Origin: Oikopleura dioica
Lineage: Eukaryota > Animalia > Chordata
Assembly (NCBI GenBank): GCA_907165135.1
Contig: OU015569.1
Span: forward strand, 3,410,001-3,474,000
Length of the DNA: 64,000 bases
Direction: 5' to 3'
The notes beneath the pieces are model-generated. The model did no database searches. It was not told the DNA's origin and saw only the letters and a program-made list of their open reading frames with translations. Position numbers and translations under genes: made by a program. This document shows positions 40,294 to 53,489 of the stretch, one piece after another. Numbering within the stretch: position 1 is the first letter of the stretch; each line of letters opens with the position of its first letter.

Positions 40294-40721
40294 TTAAAAT
40301 TTCATTTCGATGTCGAGAAGTTTTATGTCGAAAACAAGAGTGGCGTTGCTTGGAATTACACCAGGATACCCATGGTCGCTAAAAAGGACCCATAAAAAAT
40401 TTTGGAGTGACTCTTTTTTACCCGTAAGCATAATCAGAACTACAGATCAATTTCGCCCTTTCGCCAAGGCTCATTTGAGAGATTCCTTCGTCCCATCCTC
40501 TTATCACTGAACGGAATGTGTCACTCTTGACCCGAACATAATATTAAAACATTACCTTTTCCGAGGCCTAGTTGAAACTTGAATGGCTCTTCCCTTTTTC
40601 TCGAGGAGTCAAAAACCTTTCCATCGACCAGCATGCCTGTATAATGGACACTTACGTAGGAACCTATTGGCGGAAAGTTGGTTCCGTCCCCTGCCGAAAT
40701 AGTCTCAACTCGAACCACCAT
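40294..40721 (-). CDS. FKBP1: FKBP12-type prolyl isomerase
   Basis: [44 protein letters not shown]. Confidence 0.95.
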
Positions 40722-40765
40722 TCTTGAAAAAAAATATTAATAATAATTATTCTAATTCGAATTTC

Positions 40766-42797
40766 CTATTTCGAAAGAATTTTTATCGCTTTGCCAACAG
40801 CAATCGTATCAGAACTGTAGCGCAGAACTATTCTGCTCAATTCCTTGACCTCATCCCATAGTTCTATACAAATTTCGGAAGCCAGAGTAATTTCCATCTC
40901 AGCAAAGTCGCCTGATTTCAACATCTAGCATTAATTAAAGATAATGCAGCGACTGGTAAACTAACCTTTGGCCGCATCCTTGCTGTTGCACCATTTCTGT
41001 CCAAAAGCCTTACAAGTTTCTTTATGTGACCACAAGTTAAGTTTCCACGCGAGAAGAATGTAATGGGAAGGCCTGGAGTGATTGGAATTGCATTCTTTCC
41101 TTTGATTATTTTTGCTTGCACAAGAACTGTTGCCGATTTTGGAATTGATAAGATGTATGAGCTCAGCATGCTCACAGGCCTGATCTGTTCGAGTGCTGAA
41201 AATACATTTTCCCAAAATGACGAAGCGATTTCTCACTAACTTGTTCCCTTCAAGACGACTTCGCCAATATCCCCAGCCATTAAGGCTTTCACAGGCGGCT
41301 CGACAATATCGTTCACAATGGCTGTTTCCATCGTAGGGCACACTTTTAATTTCGTTCCAATCGCCAAACATCCGCACTCGACACGAATTCGACAGAAAAT
41401 TCCCTTTGGTTCTTCACTTATTTCAACCACGGACGCCCGCAGAGGCCGAGCTCTCAAAGCTGATCTATCTGGAGGTGTGATTGTATTGAAAGACTCTCAT
41501 ACCAGGATTTTGAAAGTAAAATTCAAAAATATTTATATCTAAAGATTATATCTACTTGGATTCTTTCTCCATTTTCCGTAATCCGATCCTAGAAGTGTTG
41601 GTCCCGTGAACCAAGGGCATTCTGTGCCATGGCTATGCTGAACCCCGACACCTTCAAGAAATTGTTATTTTCAATCTTCAAAAAATGAATACCTGATAAG
41701 GCAGAAATTGGAATAAATGTGACTTTTTTCTTGACATCATACGATGCTGATTTCAGGAAGTCAGTTAGTTGGCTCTTAATTTCGTCGAATCTTGACTTAT
41801 CGTAGCCAATTTGGTCGAGTTTGTTGATGGCCACAATCAGTTTGTCGCAGCCCAAAGCTCTCGCAATTGTGATATGCTCTTTTGTCTGGCCTCCTCTAGC
41901 AAAGCCTGCTTCAAACTTATCTCCAGTCGCGTCTATCACCACCATCGCCACATCAGCTGCCGCAGCTCCTTTGGAAATCATGGCTGGCACGAAGTCGCGA
42001 TGGCCCGGTGCGTCTACTTTTGTTATTAAATTGTTAGATCAGACAGTTGTTAGTTTTTATGAATAGATATAAATGATAGACCATTAAAATTATTTAATAA
42101 CGCTTTCCCCAGAAGAGCCAAGTTATATGACTCTAGCTCTATAATCTCGGCACTTCCTACATCAATTGTGACTCCACGTTTTCTTTCTGTTTCTGTCGAG
42201 TCCATCGCGTAAGCCAGCGCAAAGGAGCTTTTTGAATTGATGTCCGCCAGTTTCTGCAATCCGCGCGTTGTTTTCTCGTTTAGATTTCCAGAGGCAACGC
42301 TCAGCTGCCCGACTAGAGTCGATTTTCCGGAGTCTACATGTCCAATCACACACATGTAGACGTTTGGTTTCTCGCTTTCGATGCGAGCTTTCACTTCAGC
42401 CTCAATGTTGACGATCGAAAGCTTCTTTGAAATGAGCTCGATCTCGCGTGCCTCTGAGGCCGATTTCTCCTGCTTAGGGTCTTTCTTCGGAGTGTTCGTT
42501 TTCGTTTGTTTCGGAGCATTTATTTGCTCTCCAACGAATATCAATCATGAAAATAGAAAAGATATAATGATTTTGATTTATTCCCTGTGAAATATGTGAA
42601 AGAACTTTTGTAATTCGTTTCTTTTTCGGCTGCTGATTCGGGGTCTTTTTCGCTGCTTGTTTTGGTTTTGGTGGCGCCTTTGGGGCGACATACCCATCGT
42701 ATCCGTCGTAATCTTCATCATAGTAGTCATCGTCATAATCGTCGTACTCGTCATAATACTCGTCGACCATGCCCTGAACATGCCGATGCCTAGACAT
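40766..42797 (-). CDS. HBS1L: HBS1-like translational GTPase
   Basis: N-terminal MSRHRHV...DEYYD, GHVDSGKSTL, ERKRGVTID, DAPGHRDF, NKLD. Confidence 0.9.
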
Positions 42798-42887
42798 TCT
42801 TAAAAGAAATCCTCATCAATTACCGATTTTGAGAACTTTCCCATGGACTTTAGAATTTTTGAACTTTTCAAAGAATTATCTAGGGAT

Positions 42888-43728
42888 TCACTTTCTCCTC
42901 CAGTCTCTGTTCGACACACTTTCCATCGTCATAAGCTCCTTATAAATGAAAAGTAATAGACTTTTGAAAGTATTTTAATCTTACGGATGGAAGATCATCC
43001 CAATCATCCTCGTTAACTGGCTCTTCGACTTTTTGTTGCTTCGTCGAGGGTTGCTGTTCTGCTGGCTCCGTTTTGACAGTGTCATTAGTTTTTGGCAGTG
43101 GCGGGTTTGACGTTGCTGGAGCTCCATTTGAAAATTGCTTTGGTTCACGCATTTTGTGCTTATAGGGATTCATATTAGGCAGACTATCACGGACTGGCTG
43201 ATCGTACGACTTTCTCTTTTTCTGAAAGAACGAATAATTCAAAAAGGCGAGGGCGAGGCGCTTACATTGATACGCTCAGGTACTAGGTGCTTTGTTTGAT
43301 CTTGGATATTCTTTGAAAGCGGATGTTTGGCTGTTCGATTCGGTCGCACTTGTTTCGGGACAAACTGGGCACCGGCGATTGGGTTGAGAATATTCAAAGT
43401 TGGATTCGTCGCACCTAGGTCGACTGGCTTTAGTAATGGACCGTCGTCTTGGCTTGCATCCATTGGCTCCGATTTAATGTTCTCTTCTTTCTGAAAAAAT
43501 AGTGACAATTCTTCTAAGCTTGAATAAACTAACAATTTCTTGTTCGAACTTGATTTCTTCTTCTACTTGAGTTTTAACAGGATGAGAATCCGGCATTGAC
43601 GGCAGATTTTTCAGCATTTTATCGTGCTCTGCTCTAAATTGCTGGGCTGTCCTTTCCCGTCCCCGGTTTTGCATAGCATTCGTCGCTAATTCCAGAGCAT
43701 TTTGCATATGATTAGGCTCAGGCTGGGA
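42888..43728 (-). CDS. Low-complexity coding exons: a separate gene or the 3' extension of RNF113A
   Basis: Spliceable ORFs 43474-43767, 43239-43535 and 42940-43242. The last exon ends RDWRRK*. Confidence 0.5.
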
Positions 43729-43841
43729 GAATTCTTCTATCGAAAAGGTTACGAAACTGATACACATAGACTATGTCACATAGTAGTCGATGTTATTTTT
43801 TGCTAGTTTGATATTTTTTTAATGTGTGTAGTGTCTGCAAC

Positions 43842-45449
43842 CTAAACTGGATTATATTCCGCGGGATCGCGAATAACTCCTTCGTCGCTATCCACTTCTG
43901 AGCTGTCAGTAAACACAGGAGGTTGATAGCCCGGTTCGATCTCATTTCTGATAGTTTTTTCCTTTTGCTTTTTAAAATTGTTTTGAAGATCTTCTGGTTC
44001 GTAGGTTTTGAGAAGGTGTTTCTTCTTCACGCCTGGCGCAACTTCTCCTTCAGAATCTGAGGAACTTTCAATCAGCGCATCTGCTGGTAAACGCGTTTCT
44101 GTAGCAATTGCCTTTCCGAGCATGATATCTCGCTCTAGCTGTTCTTTCTTCAGCCTTTCTTCTTCTCGTAGTCTTTCGAGCTCTATCAACTCTTCTTGCG
44201 TCTTCTCTGGCGAATCTGGTATTTCATTGTCAATTTCCATTTCTCCGGCTTCGTCATCATCGTTTTCACCGTCCGAATTTTCGGATTCCGATTCTAGACA
44301 ATTATTACTCCAACTAAGCTGTACTAGACAAACCTTTTGCGACAATTCTGTTCTCCCAATGCGACATTTTCACGTCTTTGATATCGAGCTTGAGCAATTT
44401 AGCGACAATATTCTTTGCCATGTTGAAGATACCCTTCGTGTTCTTTTGGCAAACAAAACATCTTTTCGTCTTTTTGAAGTGAGCGAGAGCGCATGCTTCG
44501 CAAAAGTAGTGCTCGCAGAGTGTCAGCACTGGCTTCTGGAAGTGATTTCGACAAATGATGCATTTGAATGGAAGCTCTTCTTCGTCGGAGGATACTTCCC
44601 AGTTTTCCTCTTCCGTTTTTCCGTAGATACCCAATTCCTTTGATGAGTTATTAACCTGCTCGATTACGGAGTTATAACCAAAATCACAGATTTTGTTATT
44701 CAATAAAACGAGAAACTTTCAAACCCAGGCCTGTTCACGCTCAATCATCCAACCAAGTTTGTAGTCGCCTCTATCGTGAATGAATTTACACGAGTCACCG
44801 AATCCACAGAAGCCCGTTTCTTTGTAATCTTTACAGATGCAAGGATCGTGGTCGATTCGAATGGAAGCGCGGAAGAAGGAATTCCCTCGGACAGGCCCTT
44901 TCACTGCGAGTGATTCTTTCGTGTGCGCATCTGAGCGGATTTTGTGGTAATTTCGGTATCCACCTTTTCCACGGTAGACATTATCGTCCAGCGTTCCATC
45001 CTTTCAAGCGGATAGAAAGACTCCTTCTACTTTTTCAGAAAGATAAATTTCCTTGTTCTATCCGCTCCCTGAAGACCTTTTTGAATCTCTTCGTCTCGTT
45101 TCGTCTTTTCTTTGATATCGACAATGGGACCAAGATCAGCAGCTTCCTGCGTTGCGATATCTTGTCTGTCTTGCGTCGGAGCAGTCGTCATCGTAGATTT
45201 GTACTAAAATAGGTGAATAAGATATTTTGGAGAAAGAGGGTCACCCTGTACCTTTTTGTTGATAAGTGCTCGCATGTCATCTTCGTCGTCACTTTTAGCA
45301 GCGTAGACGCGTTTACTCGTCTGCTTGTTCAATCCCGACCGGTCCCGCTTCTCGATTCTTACGATTTCCGTCGATTCGTCTTCTTCTGAACTTTCTTGTC
45401 TTCGTTGGCGCCGTACGCCTCGATTTTTACGCTTTTTCGACGCAAACAT
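43842..45449 (-). CDS. RNF113A: RNF113A/Cwc24 (CCCH + RING) with acidic C-terminal extension
   Basis: [27 protein letters not shown] and [29 protein letters not shown]. Confidence 0.92.
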
Positions 45450-45720
45450 TCTTGATTTATATTTTATAATAAATTATACAATTATTACTTACTTTTCAGT
45501 ATAAATTATATACCGTATAATACGGTATTATCAATACTGCTGAATAATAAATCACTCCAAGATTTAAAATATTTCTCTTTTTTCAACAAAGAAAAGCTCT
45601 GAATAAATGAAAAGGTTTTGAAAGAATGCTGGTGTTGGTGGTGGAGTTGAAATAAAGCGAGAGGAATAGATGATCCCTGAACAAGCGCTATTGGCCGCTG
45701 AGAATTTAGGAGAGTACGCG

Positions 45721-46263
45721 GGAGCACACTCAAATGCTCGGCGCGCTCATTTGCTCAGGCGCTCGAATGCTCGGGACGCTCTTTTGCACGGACACGAGCG
45801 AAAGAGTGCCCAAGCGAATGAGCGTTTGATTTAATTGGTCGACGATAAAAAATGTTTTACAGGACCTAAACCATGACTTAGTGATGTCAATTCTTAGAGT
45901 TTTATCGAAATAAATTCGGAACAATTTCCAAAACACGAAATCATCGGGAAGAAATGAAAATGGACATTATTTTTTTTTCAATAAGTCATCAAGTGTTATG
46001 TAATAATTGTCCAGAATTGTTAAGATGATCATACAATGAGTCATTTTAGCGTATATTTAGAAAATACAGCATTTAGAGTGATAATACGCTGATGATCACT
46101 TTCAATTGTTTATTTTCGGAGAAATATTCTTGTGCTAATTTTCGACCAATTAAATCAAACGCTCATTCGCTTTGGACACTCTTTCGCTCGTGTCCGAGCA
46201 AAAGAGCGTCCGAGCATTTGAGCGCCCGAGCAAATGAGCGCGCCGAGCATTTGAGTGTGCTCC
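45721..46263. mobile_element. Mutator-like (MULE) MITE
   Basis: About 120-bp TIRs starting GGAGCACACTC and a perfect 9-bp TSD GAGTACGCG (45712-45720, 46264-46272). Confidence 0.92.
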
Positions 46264-46343
46264 GAGTACGCGCGCGCCCGTCCGAGCGCCGCTGCTCTTT
46301 TTTCGTCCTCGCTGAGAGAAACTCTCGAAACTCGCCTGAGGCC

Positions 46344-49300
46344 ATGTTCGGCTTTCTCAGGAAAGGGAAGCAGGAGACAGGAATGGATTAGAACGGTTAG
46401 AGTCGCGATTATTTCCATTACTTATCAATTTGAGATGAAAGAAATCCGAAAAAAGTGTCGCCTGCGGATGTTAAATTGGAGGCGTTCCAAGAACATTGGC
46501 GGCAAATCAAGCCTGTTCTTGAGAATACTGGCCCCTGGAGTGTGGGAAATCGAACTCGCGAGTCAATCGAGAGTGGGGTCATCTCTGTCCGCGCGAATGT
46601 TAACTCGCTGACGCACTTGCTGGTGGAAGAGCTGCGCACGCAAAGCCAACTTGGGCCCCTGCTCGAATTCACCTTCGAAGAGAAGATTTTCAAGCGACTG
46701 TGTGTCTGGGCTAGACAGCCCGGAATCCAGCAAGAGCAGCGTATAATCGACCAGCTTCGAATGTACGAAATGCTCATTTCCGAATCGGACCGCTGTATTC
46801 TTCACGACAAGCCGCTACTCGAGCCGATGTTTTCTCTTCTGGCGCATTATCAGACCGGTGCCGAGAACCTGGAACTCGATCAGATCGTTTCTCAGCTCAA
46901 TCAGAGCCTTTGTCTCTGGATCGGCCGAGACCCGACGCTCCTGCCTGTCTTCTTTTGTTGTGGACAGGAAGACCAGGGCAAGACTGGCTTCTTGCTGTTT
47001 TCTATGCTCGTCCAACACGTCTACCGAGATGGGCCTGTTGGAGATCGCGCAAGAGACTCAATGCTACTTATTTTCAGCTACAGTTCAAACTTCAACTCAA
47101 ATCAACCGCTTTTTAATCAGAAAAAGTGACGTAGACATAGATTGTAGTTTTGACTCAAAACTTTTGAGTATAAACTCAAATCCGTTAGAATTGCAAAGAA
47201 ATTGATTTTATTCAGGAAGTTATAAATTGGAACTCTTCCTCGCTTTTTGCGTTGATGAGGAGGGCAAAGGACTTTTCAGTACTCATTTGATGCACGTCCT
47301 TCGTACTCGATGACCGGCTGGTCTTCTGAAAATAGCTTTATTTCGCATTAGTCGATTTACAACAAACTTACTTCATGTTCTGGGCTTCGCGGACGTTCGG
47401 AAACCGAAGTCTGACCAGATCTTAGTAAAACGCCCTCATAACAACTTCGATTCTAGAGAACCGGGGCAAAAGAAAGAAAATTTTGAACTGAGTTTACAGC
47501 CATTCTGCTCGCTGCGCTGAAGTGTCGGAGTACATCGCAAATAACTCAAACTTCTGTCCCGTGCTTGCTGCTGGTCTTTCCGGACTCTACAGCTCTCTTC
47601 CAAGACGATTAGAATTTCGCGGCGACGAGTTTTGCTCGCTCGAGCGTCATCACTGGGACAATGTGCCCACCCTTCGCAGTTTTATGCAATCGCTGCTTTT
47701 CATCAACTCGGTTTGCGAGCTCGCCGAGCAACAAGTTTGCGAGTCGCTGCTTTCCTACCTACACTCGGGCTTTCTCGTTCCCGTTCTGGCACCTTCTCTT
47801 CACAAGCCAAACCAGGAAGAAACGCTCTGCTCCATCGCCTACCTTGATCTCTTCGTCCGCTCTGTCACTTCCGAGCCTCTTCTTAAACTCCTCCTACGTT
47901 TCATCGTTCTCCATGAATACGAAGGGGTCCCTCTTCTTGACACGCTCACTCAAACTCTGGGTAACTATTCGCGTCTCGCTTCTTTGCTTAAGACAACCTA
48001 GGTTCTAATCATCGTGAATGTCTCGCCGCACTGTCTCTTTTCTCTACTCTAATCTCTATCCAATGTGAGGACCTCATGTTCCAGCTTATTTTCCGCTACC
48101 TCATTCCAGGATCGCACATGCTCTGGACCCAAAGAGGGCTCATCCGACAAAATGAAAATCTCGTTATCTCCGCAGAAAAGTAAAACCCCCTTTTGTTTTT
48201 TCGATTAATAGATAAAATTTTAGATTTTTGAATTTAACACCGAAAGAAAGCTTCAAGGGTAAGAATTCTGGAACGAACTTCCGAATCACTGAAGACTTGT
48301 TTTTGTCTGCTGACGAAACGGCTGAAATCGACGAAGCTGATGAAGAGCTTGTCGCTACAGATCTTGCTCTTGTCGGCGCCGTTCCTGGTGCTATTGACCA
48401 AATTCCTTTCTCTTACATGGATTATTTGGAAGGTAAAGGGTTGCACGTATTCGTTAATAATTTACTTAACGCTCAGACGCAAGCGCTAGAATTGCCGAGT
48501 CACGGTTATCCTGCGCAACTTGGCTCTACGATTACGACGGAATCGATCCTCCCCCGAATTTCATCTCAGAGAACACTGATCTCTTCACGCCACTGCACGG
48601 CCTCGTCGCCACACGAACTCATGAAGCACTCGTTAACTTTGACATCGAAAACAACGATTTACCTTCGCTGGACGAGCTCGGCATCGAATCTATAACTTCG
48701 AAGCCCCAGTCATTTCAAAGAGCGAACTCGACTTCAAATCAAGCGAAAGTTTTTGAAAAAGTAGAAAGGCCACGAAACAACAAAGTAAAAACTGAAGTCG
48801 ACGACTTTTATCGCTCACTAATGAATAGCGAAGGTAGGGCTCGAAAATATTTTTGAATCAAATCAGTGTACTGTGGTTTTCGCAAAAAAGAGCTCATGGA
48901 AAGAAATATCAAGTGTCAATATGAAAGAGTGCGACGATCTGGACCTGTCGGTAGACCTTAAAGATGCCGAAGAAAGCTTCATGTCTGACATCACAGCTGT
49001 CGAAGCACAAATGAACTCGTCACTCGGGGAAGCCAATTCTGAAGTCGAATCGTTTGAACTTCCATCAACAGCTGAAACTGTTGAGGAGCTAGAAACAGTG
49101 TGCGAAGAGAACGCAAATGAAAGATCTATTTTGGAACTGGGTCATCTTGAAGAACAATTGACGACTCTTGGCGATCACTTTCTCGATGCACAGGTAGAGG
49201 CGACTCTTGTCCAGTAAATTTATCAACTTCTAGGCGAGTACGACCATCCATGTACCAATCAAAAAGGCTGGAACGCCATTTCTGGGCCCTTTTCTGTCAA

Positions 49301-50225
49301 CTCTATTTGGAAGGCTGGAACAAATGCCCACCAATTCCTTATATTTAAACTTAATGCTCACTGGTGTCGTCACTAAGCTTTGTTCGATGCCTCAGCCTCT
49401 ACTCCGAGGCTTCCTGTTAGATACGCGCGTAGTCTTTCAGCCTGGAGTACCAACGCTCTTCTCAGTTCTCACAAAAGTCAAGGGAAAGCTGAATGCTTTT
49501 GCGGTCTCTTGTGCAGACTTTAACTCGCTCTGTGCCCGTGCGAATCAATTCTTGCTCCAGCGGGAAGAAGATCCGATTATCATCGAAGACGATAAGGGCA
49601 GCAGTACTCCTTTTGACTTAAAGAAGTTCGAAAATGTCATAAAAGGAAAAAAAGACAAAGCTGAAAAGGTAACGCATCCTGCAATAATTGAGACACAACT
49701 TCAACATAAATATTGATTATTCAATCATATTTCAATCAAATTTATGTGGGATTCTTTTTGGGAAATTGATTTTATTCAGGTCTATGAATAAGATTGACAA
49801 TGCTTGGTCCAATCTTTGGACGAAGCTGCATGAAACAGATTATCAGGCATCATTTCAGTGCATGGGTGCTCCACCGCACAGGGAGATCGACAGCAGTGGA
49901 TGTAAATTCTTAAATTTTAATTACTCTTTTGCGTCGCAAACTTTCAAACTTACCATAAGAACCGGTGTTATCGGACTTTTCAAAGACCAAAGTCTGCGAT
50001 ATTTCATTCCTTTTGGCCCCAAAATAACTTTTATTCTAGAAAAATAAGATATTTTTCTAATTTCTGTTTTAGTTTATAAAAGCTGCTCAACTGAATCTGG
50101 CGATGCGAGAGAAGCATTCGTCTGACCCGCTCCGATTGAAGAACGGGATCTTCGCTACTGTGATACTGCGCGAATTCGCGAAAGAGCTAGCTGCGCTCGC
50201 TCATGAACACGCTATCCTTTACTAA
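46344..50225 (+). CDS. FHIP1: FTS- and Hook-interacting protein FHIP1 (FAM160A)
   Basis: HVYRDGPVGDRARDSMLL, NFCPVLAAGLSGLYSSLP, GFLVPVLAPSL, GPFLSTLF..LEQMPTNSLYLNL, EFAKELAALAHEH. Confidence 0.9.
47079..47492. mobile_element. TIR-bounded insertion functioning as a FHIP1 intron
   Basis: CAGTTCAAA (47081-47089) / TTTGAACTG (47482-47490), with flanking 8-bp near-direct repeats TTTTCAGC / TTTACAGC. Confidence 0.5.
47198..47420 (-). ncRNA. Small two-exon TCTAGA-promoter transcript, copy C (antisense in a FHIP1 intron)
   Basis: TCTAGA at 47452-47457, intron 47326-47371 (GTAAGT..CTAAT..TTTCAG), 3' motif at 47198-47216. Confidence 0.55.
49761..50002 (-). ncRNA. Small two-exon TCTAGA-promoter transcript, copy D (antisense in a FHIP1 intron)
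   Basis: TCTAGA at 50035-50040, intron 49909-49953, 3' motif at 49761-49780. Confidence 0.55.
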
Positions 50226-50466
50226 ATCAGTTATTTTCAAAGTATCTCCATCTCTTCCGAAACCGTAATTTTACCTCCTCATTGTAATGCTCCTCCGAAT
50301 GACTCAATTTTCTTCAACACACAACTTTTCTATCATCGTGTCGAAATTTTCCGCTGCAAAAACTCTTAACAGAAACTGCATGCATGAAACCTGAAATTCA
50401 TGACAACTAATAAATTGCGAATATTCAACCTTGAGTTTATTGTACAGTCTAATTCGTAAAAGTTAA

Positions 50467-51370
50467 TTATAAGAACCTAAGCTTTACATACTCGTAAACA
50501 AGCATCGCAACAATATTAGAAGGGAAAGCACGGAGCACAGTCGGCGTGAATCCTCGGTAAACGCTTCGAATTCCCCCCGAAAGAGTCGCACGGGCGCATT
50601 CTCCAAGCGATCTGTACTGACCAGAGAGATCAGTCTGATATCTAGACTTTAGCACGTCGCCTGGAAAGCCCGCTGTCCAATAGAGACATCCACAGACTCC
50701 GCCAGCAACGCATATAGAAGGAATGTATCCTATCTTCTCATCCAGCTCGTCCCTGAAAGCACTAAGAACGTCATAATTGTGTGGTTTGGTTACCGCAAAT
50801 ATCTGTATGAAAGAAAGAAGGCAGTATATCCAGGAACATCGCGCAGTGCAGTGAAGGTCCAGCCTTTGTAGAGACCCATGAAGCCGTAAGATCTAGTGAG
50901 AAAGAAAAGCGCATCGCGAGGTCTTCGGAGATGACTGTTGACTTGAAGAACGCACTTGATTCTTTCGCCCGGGCAAGAGACCGCCGTCGCTAGCAGTCCA
51001 CCGAAAGCAGCGCAGGTGGAGACCTGGCCATAAGCTCCTTTTTCAATGCCACGTGGAAAAAACACAGCTCTCGCAAGAGTTTTTCCTGTAAATGCGAGCG
51101 ATGTTACAGGAGTAGCCAAGGTCGCAGGAGTAGACAGACCGCGGAAGAACCCTTTGAACCCCTGCTCCGCAAAGAGATCTTTTGCGCAGCTTGACATTGA
51201 AATCTAAGACAGTAAAGTCGAATTTGGCAAGTTCTTATAAGGAAGCTGATTCTCACCTTGGCATCACTGCACTGCATACGCACTTTGAGCGTGTCAAGTG
51301 GATAGCCGATGAAAACGGCCGAGAGGCCAGCAGCGGCGCCAGCTCCACAATTGACAGCAATTTCCTTCAT
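50467..51370 (-). CDS. Mitochondrial carrier (SLC25, carnitine/acylcarnitine-like)
   Basis: Three carrier signatures PLDTLKVR, PGERIKC and PGDVLKSR, plus LRDVP and LRAFP. Confidence 0.9.
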
Positions 51371-51652
51371 TCGATCGCACTAGAATCTCTCATTATACTC
51401 TGACTCTGCAATCAACACTGCTCTAGCCAATCACTTTTTGAGAAAATATTTGACAAACTTTACACCTAGAAACTCGAATCTCCTCAAATAAAGGGATTGT
51501 TTAGATTTGTATAATCGTCAAAATCGGTTTATTCCTGGATCGGGCCCCAGAAACAGCAGATGAAATAGCGGCTCCGATAAACGGGACTCTGCCTTGGAGA
51601 AACTTTGCGCAGTGAAGTGTTAAACTTGCCACTTGGAAGAATTTTTTGACAA

Positions 51653-53489
51653 ATGTGCGACGGGCCATTGGGAATATTCATTGCAACGGACGGACAGTGG
51701 CTGGCCTCTCAGCCCCTCTTCAGCTATCTTGCCACAGATGACGTGGCAGCGTCTGCGAAAAACGTTTCACGTATGAACTCGGTCTCCGAGTTTGGTCTCG
51801 CCAATTTAAGCGCCTTTAATTCATTGAGAAGAACTAATAGTGGAGCTGGCGAAACAAGGCCCAAGTCAATTGAGGAACAACTCGTGAATCTAAAGGGATT
51901 GCCTTTAGCCACTCTTCTTTTGAACGAGTTTTCTGACAAGGAGAATGGAATTCGTGCACCAAGTAACATTAAAGTCAATGGACTGAGATACGTTGGCTGG
52001 CCAACAAGGGTGCAGAATAATGCCGAGAAAAAGCATATTACTGGATTCAATCTAGTCTTCGCAATCAAGGCTAGCTGCGATCAAGAAGTCGGTCAAAGAT
52101 ATCAACAAATTTCGCGCCACATTTCTACAGCGATTGTGGCAGAAGAGAAGCGAAATGGATTCCTGACTTCAGAAATGAAAAAGTGGCACAGCTACCAACA
52201 GAGCTTACAAGGTCATGATGGGTTAGAGGTGCAAGCAAGTGGAAAAATCTCCGATTTGTACAAGAAGACCCTCGATAAGTCGATTCTTGGCCAGCAACTT
52301 CAGAAATGCTTCCGGATATTGACGAAGAGGGACATGTCCAGGGATATTTTCATCGGGCAAATACGAATCGGCATCACAATAAATAACGCTTCACAAGTGA
52401 TTCACAGGCTTGACCTCGATTCTAATGACATGATCCAGCCCTTCCATACTTTAATTCTTCTTTCTGAATTCGCAAAAGACGGAGAGGGGATCGAATTGCC
52501 GAATGATTCCTCAGCCACTCTCTTTCGCATGATAAAGAAAATTCAATCCAACCGGAACTTGATGGATACGCAGCACGAGTCGGACGTTCTTCTCATTCAC
52601 CTTCAGGAAGTTGCAGCTCATCTAGTTCAACAAGGCCTTGCCAAGTTGATCTATCCTATTGACAAAAGAGCACGCTACGTATTAAACAGGGAATTCGATT
52701 TTATCTTGCTGGAAAAAGACGAGAAAAAGCGATCTCGGGATAAACGATTCAAGCCAACAGCGCTAGTCGAGGAATTCGAACAATTCAAGCAGATCTACAT
52801 GCATGGTTGCAGTATAACTTTCATTGAAGTCCTGCAGATGTTCAAAGCCAGCACGAGCGTAAAGAAAATTATTGCCAAAGTCTGCAATTATATGCACAAT
52901 ATGGAGACCGCAGAAGAGACTGTATTCAGTCTCATGCGGTGGCTTATCCTCAAAAACATCGTGACCCGACAACACTTTCTTCTCTATTTTCTGCCTCCGC
53001 CTTCTGAGGAACTTGAGCAACAAGCAGCCAGTAGTCCGTCTTCAAATGACACCCCCGAGAGCGATCAGAAAATAGCATTCAGTGATCTACCATCGTTCCT
53101 GACTCTTCATCAGAAAATTTATGTTGCCCAAAAATGAAGGAAATATCTCCTTCGCTTTCATCTTCAGTCTCCGATCAACCATTGTTCAAAAACATTGATG
53201 AAGGTAGAGTTCGAAAGAGAAACTCACAATTATTTTTTCGTGTATTTTTGACAATAATTAACTCTTCGAAGGTTGATTCTCTCGAACTCTTTACTTAGTC
53301 AATCGCGTTTTCATGAAGATTATAAAATACTACGCAAATGGGCGCACAACCTCTGAAGCAATTCGCTACTACGAGAATTTAACGAAAATTCAATTAGAAG
53401 AACTAATAAATGCTTATTCAATATTTCTAGTTGTCCGAGAGGGTACCGACCCTCATGTTGAAAAACTAGCCTCTCTCTTCAAAGGTTAA
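51653..53489 (+). CDS. NPRL3: GATOR1 subunit NPRL3
   Basis: PLGIF, LATLL, VNGLRYVGWPT, FNLVFAI, EEKRNGFLTSE, IQPFHTLILL, VAAHLVQQGLAKLIYPI. Confidence 0.85.

Noticed and set aside
44008-44643. Long antisense ORFs (also 28411-28902, 59688-60230)
   Set aside because: Shadow frames of real genes on the opposite strand.
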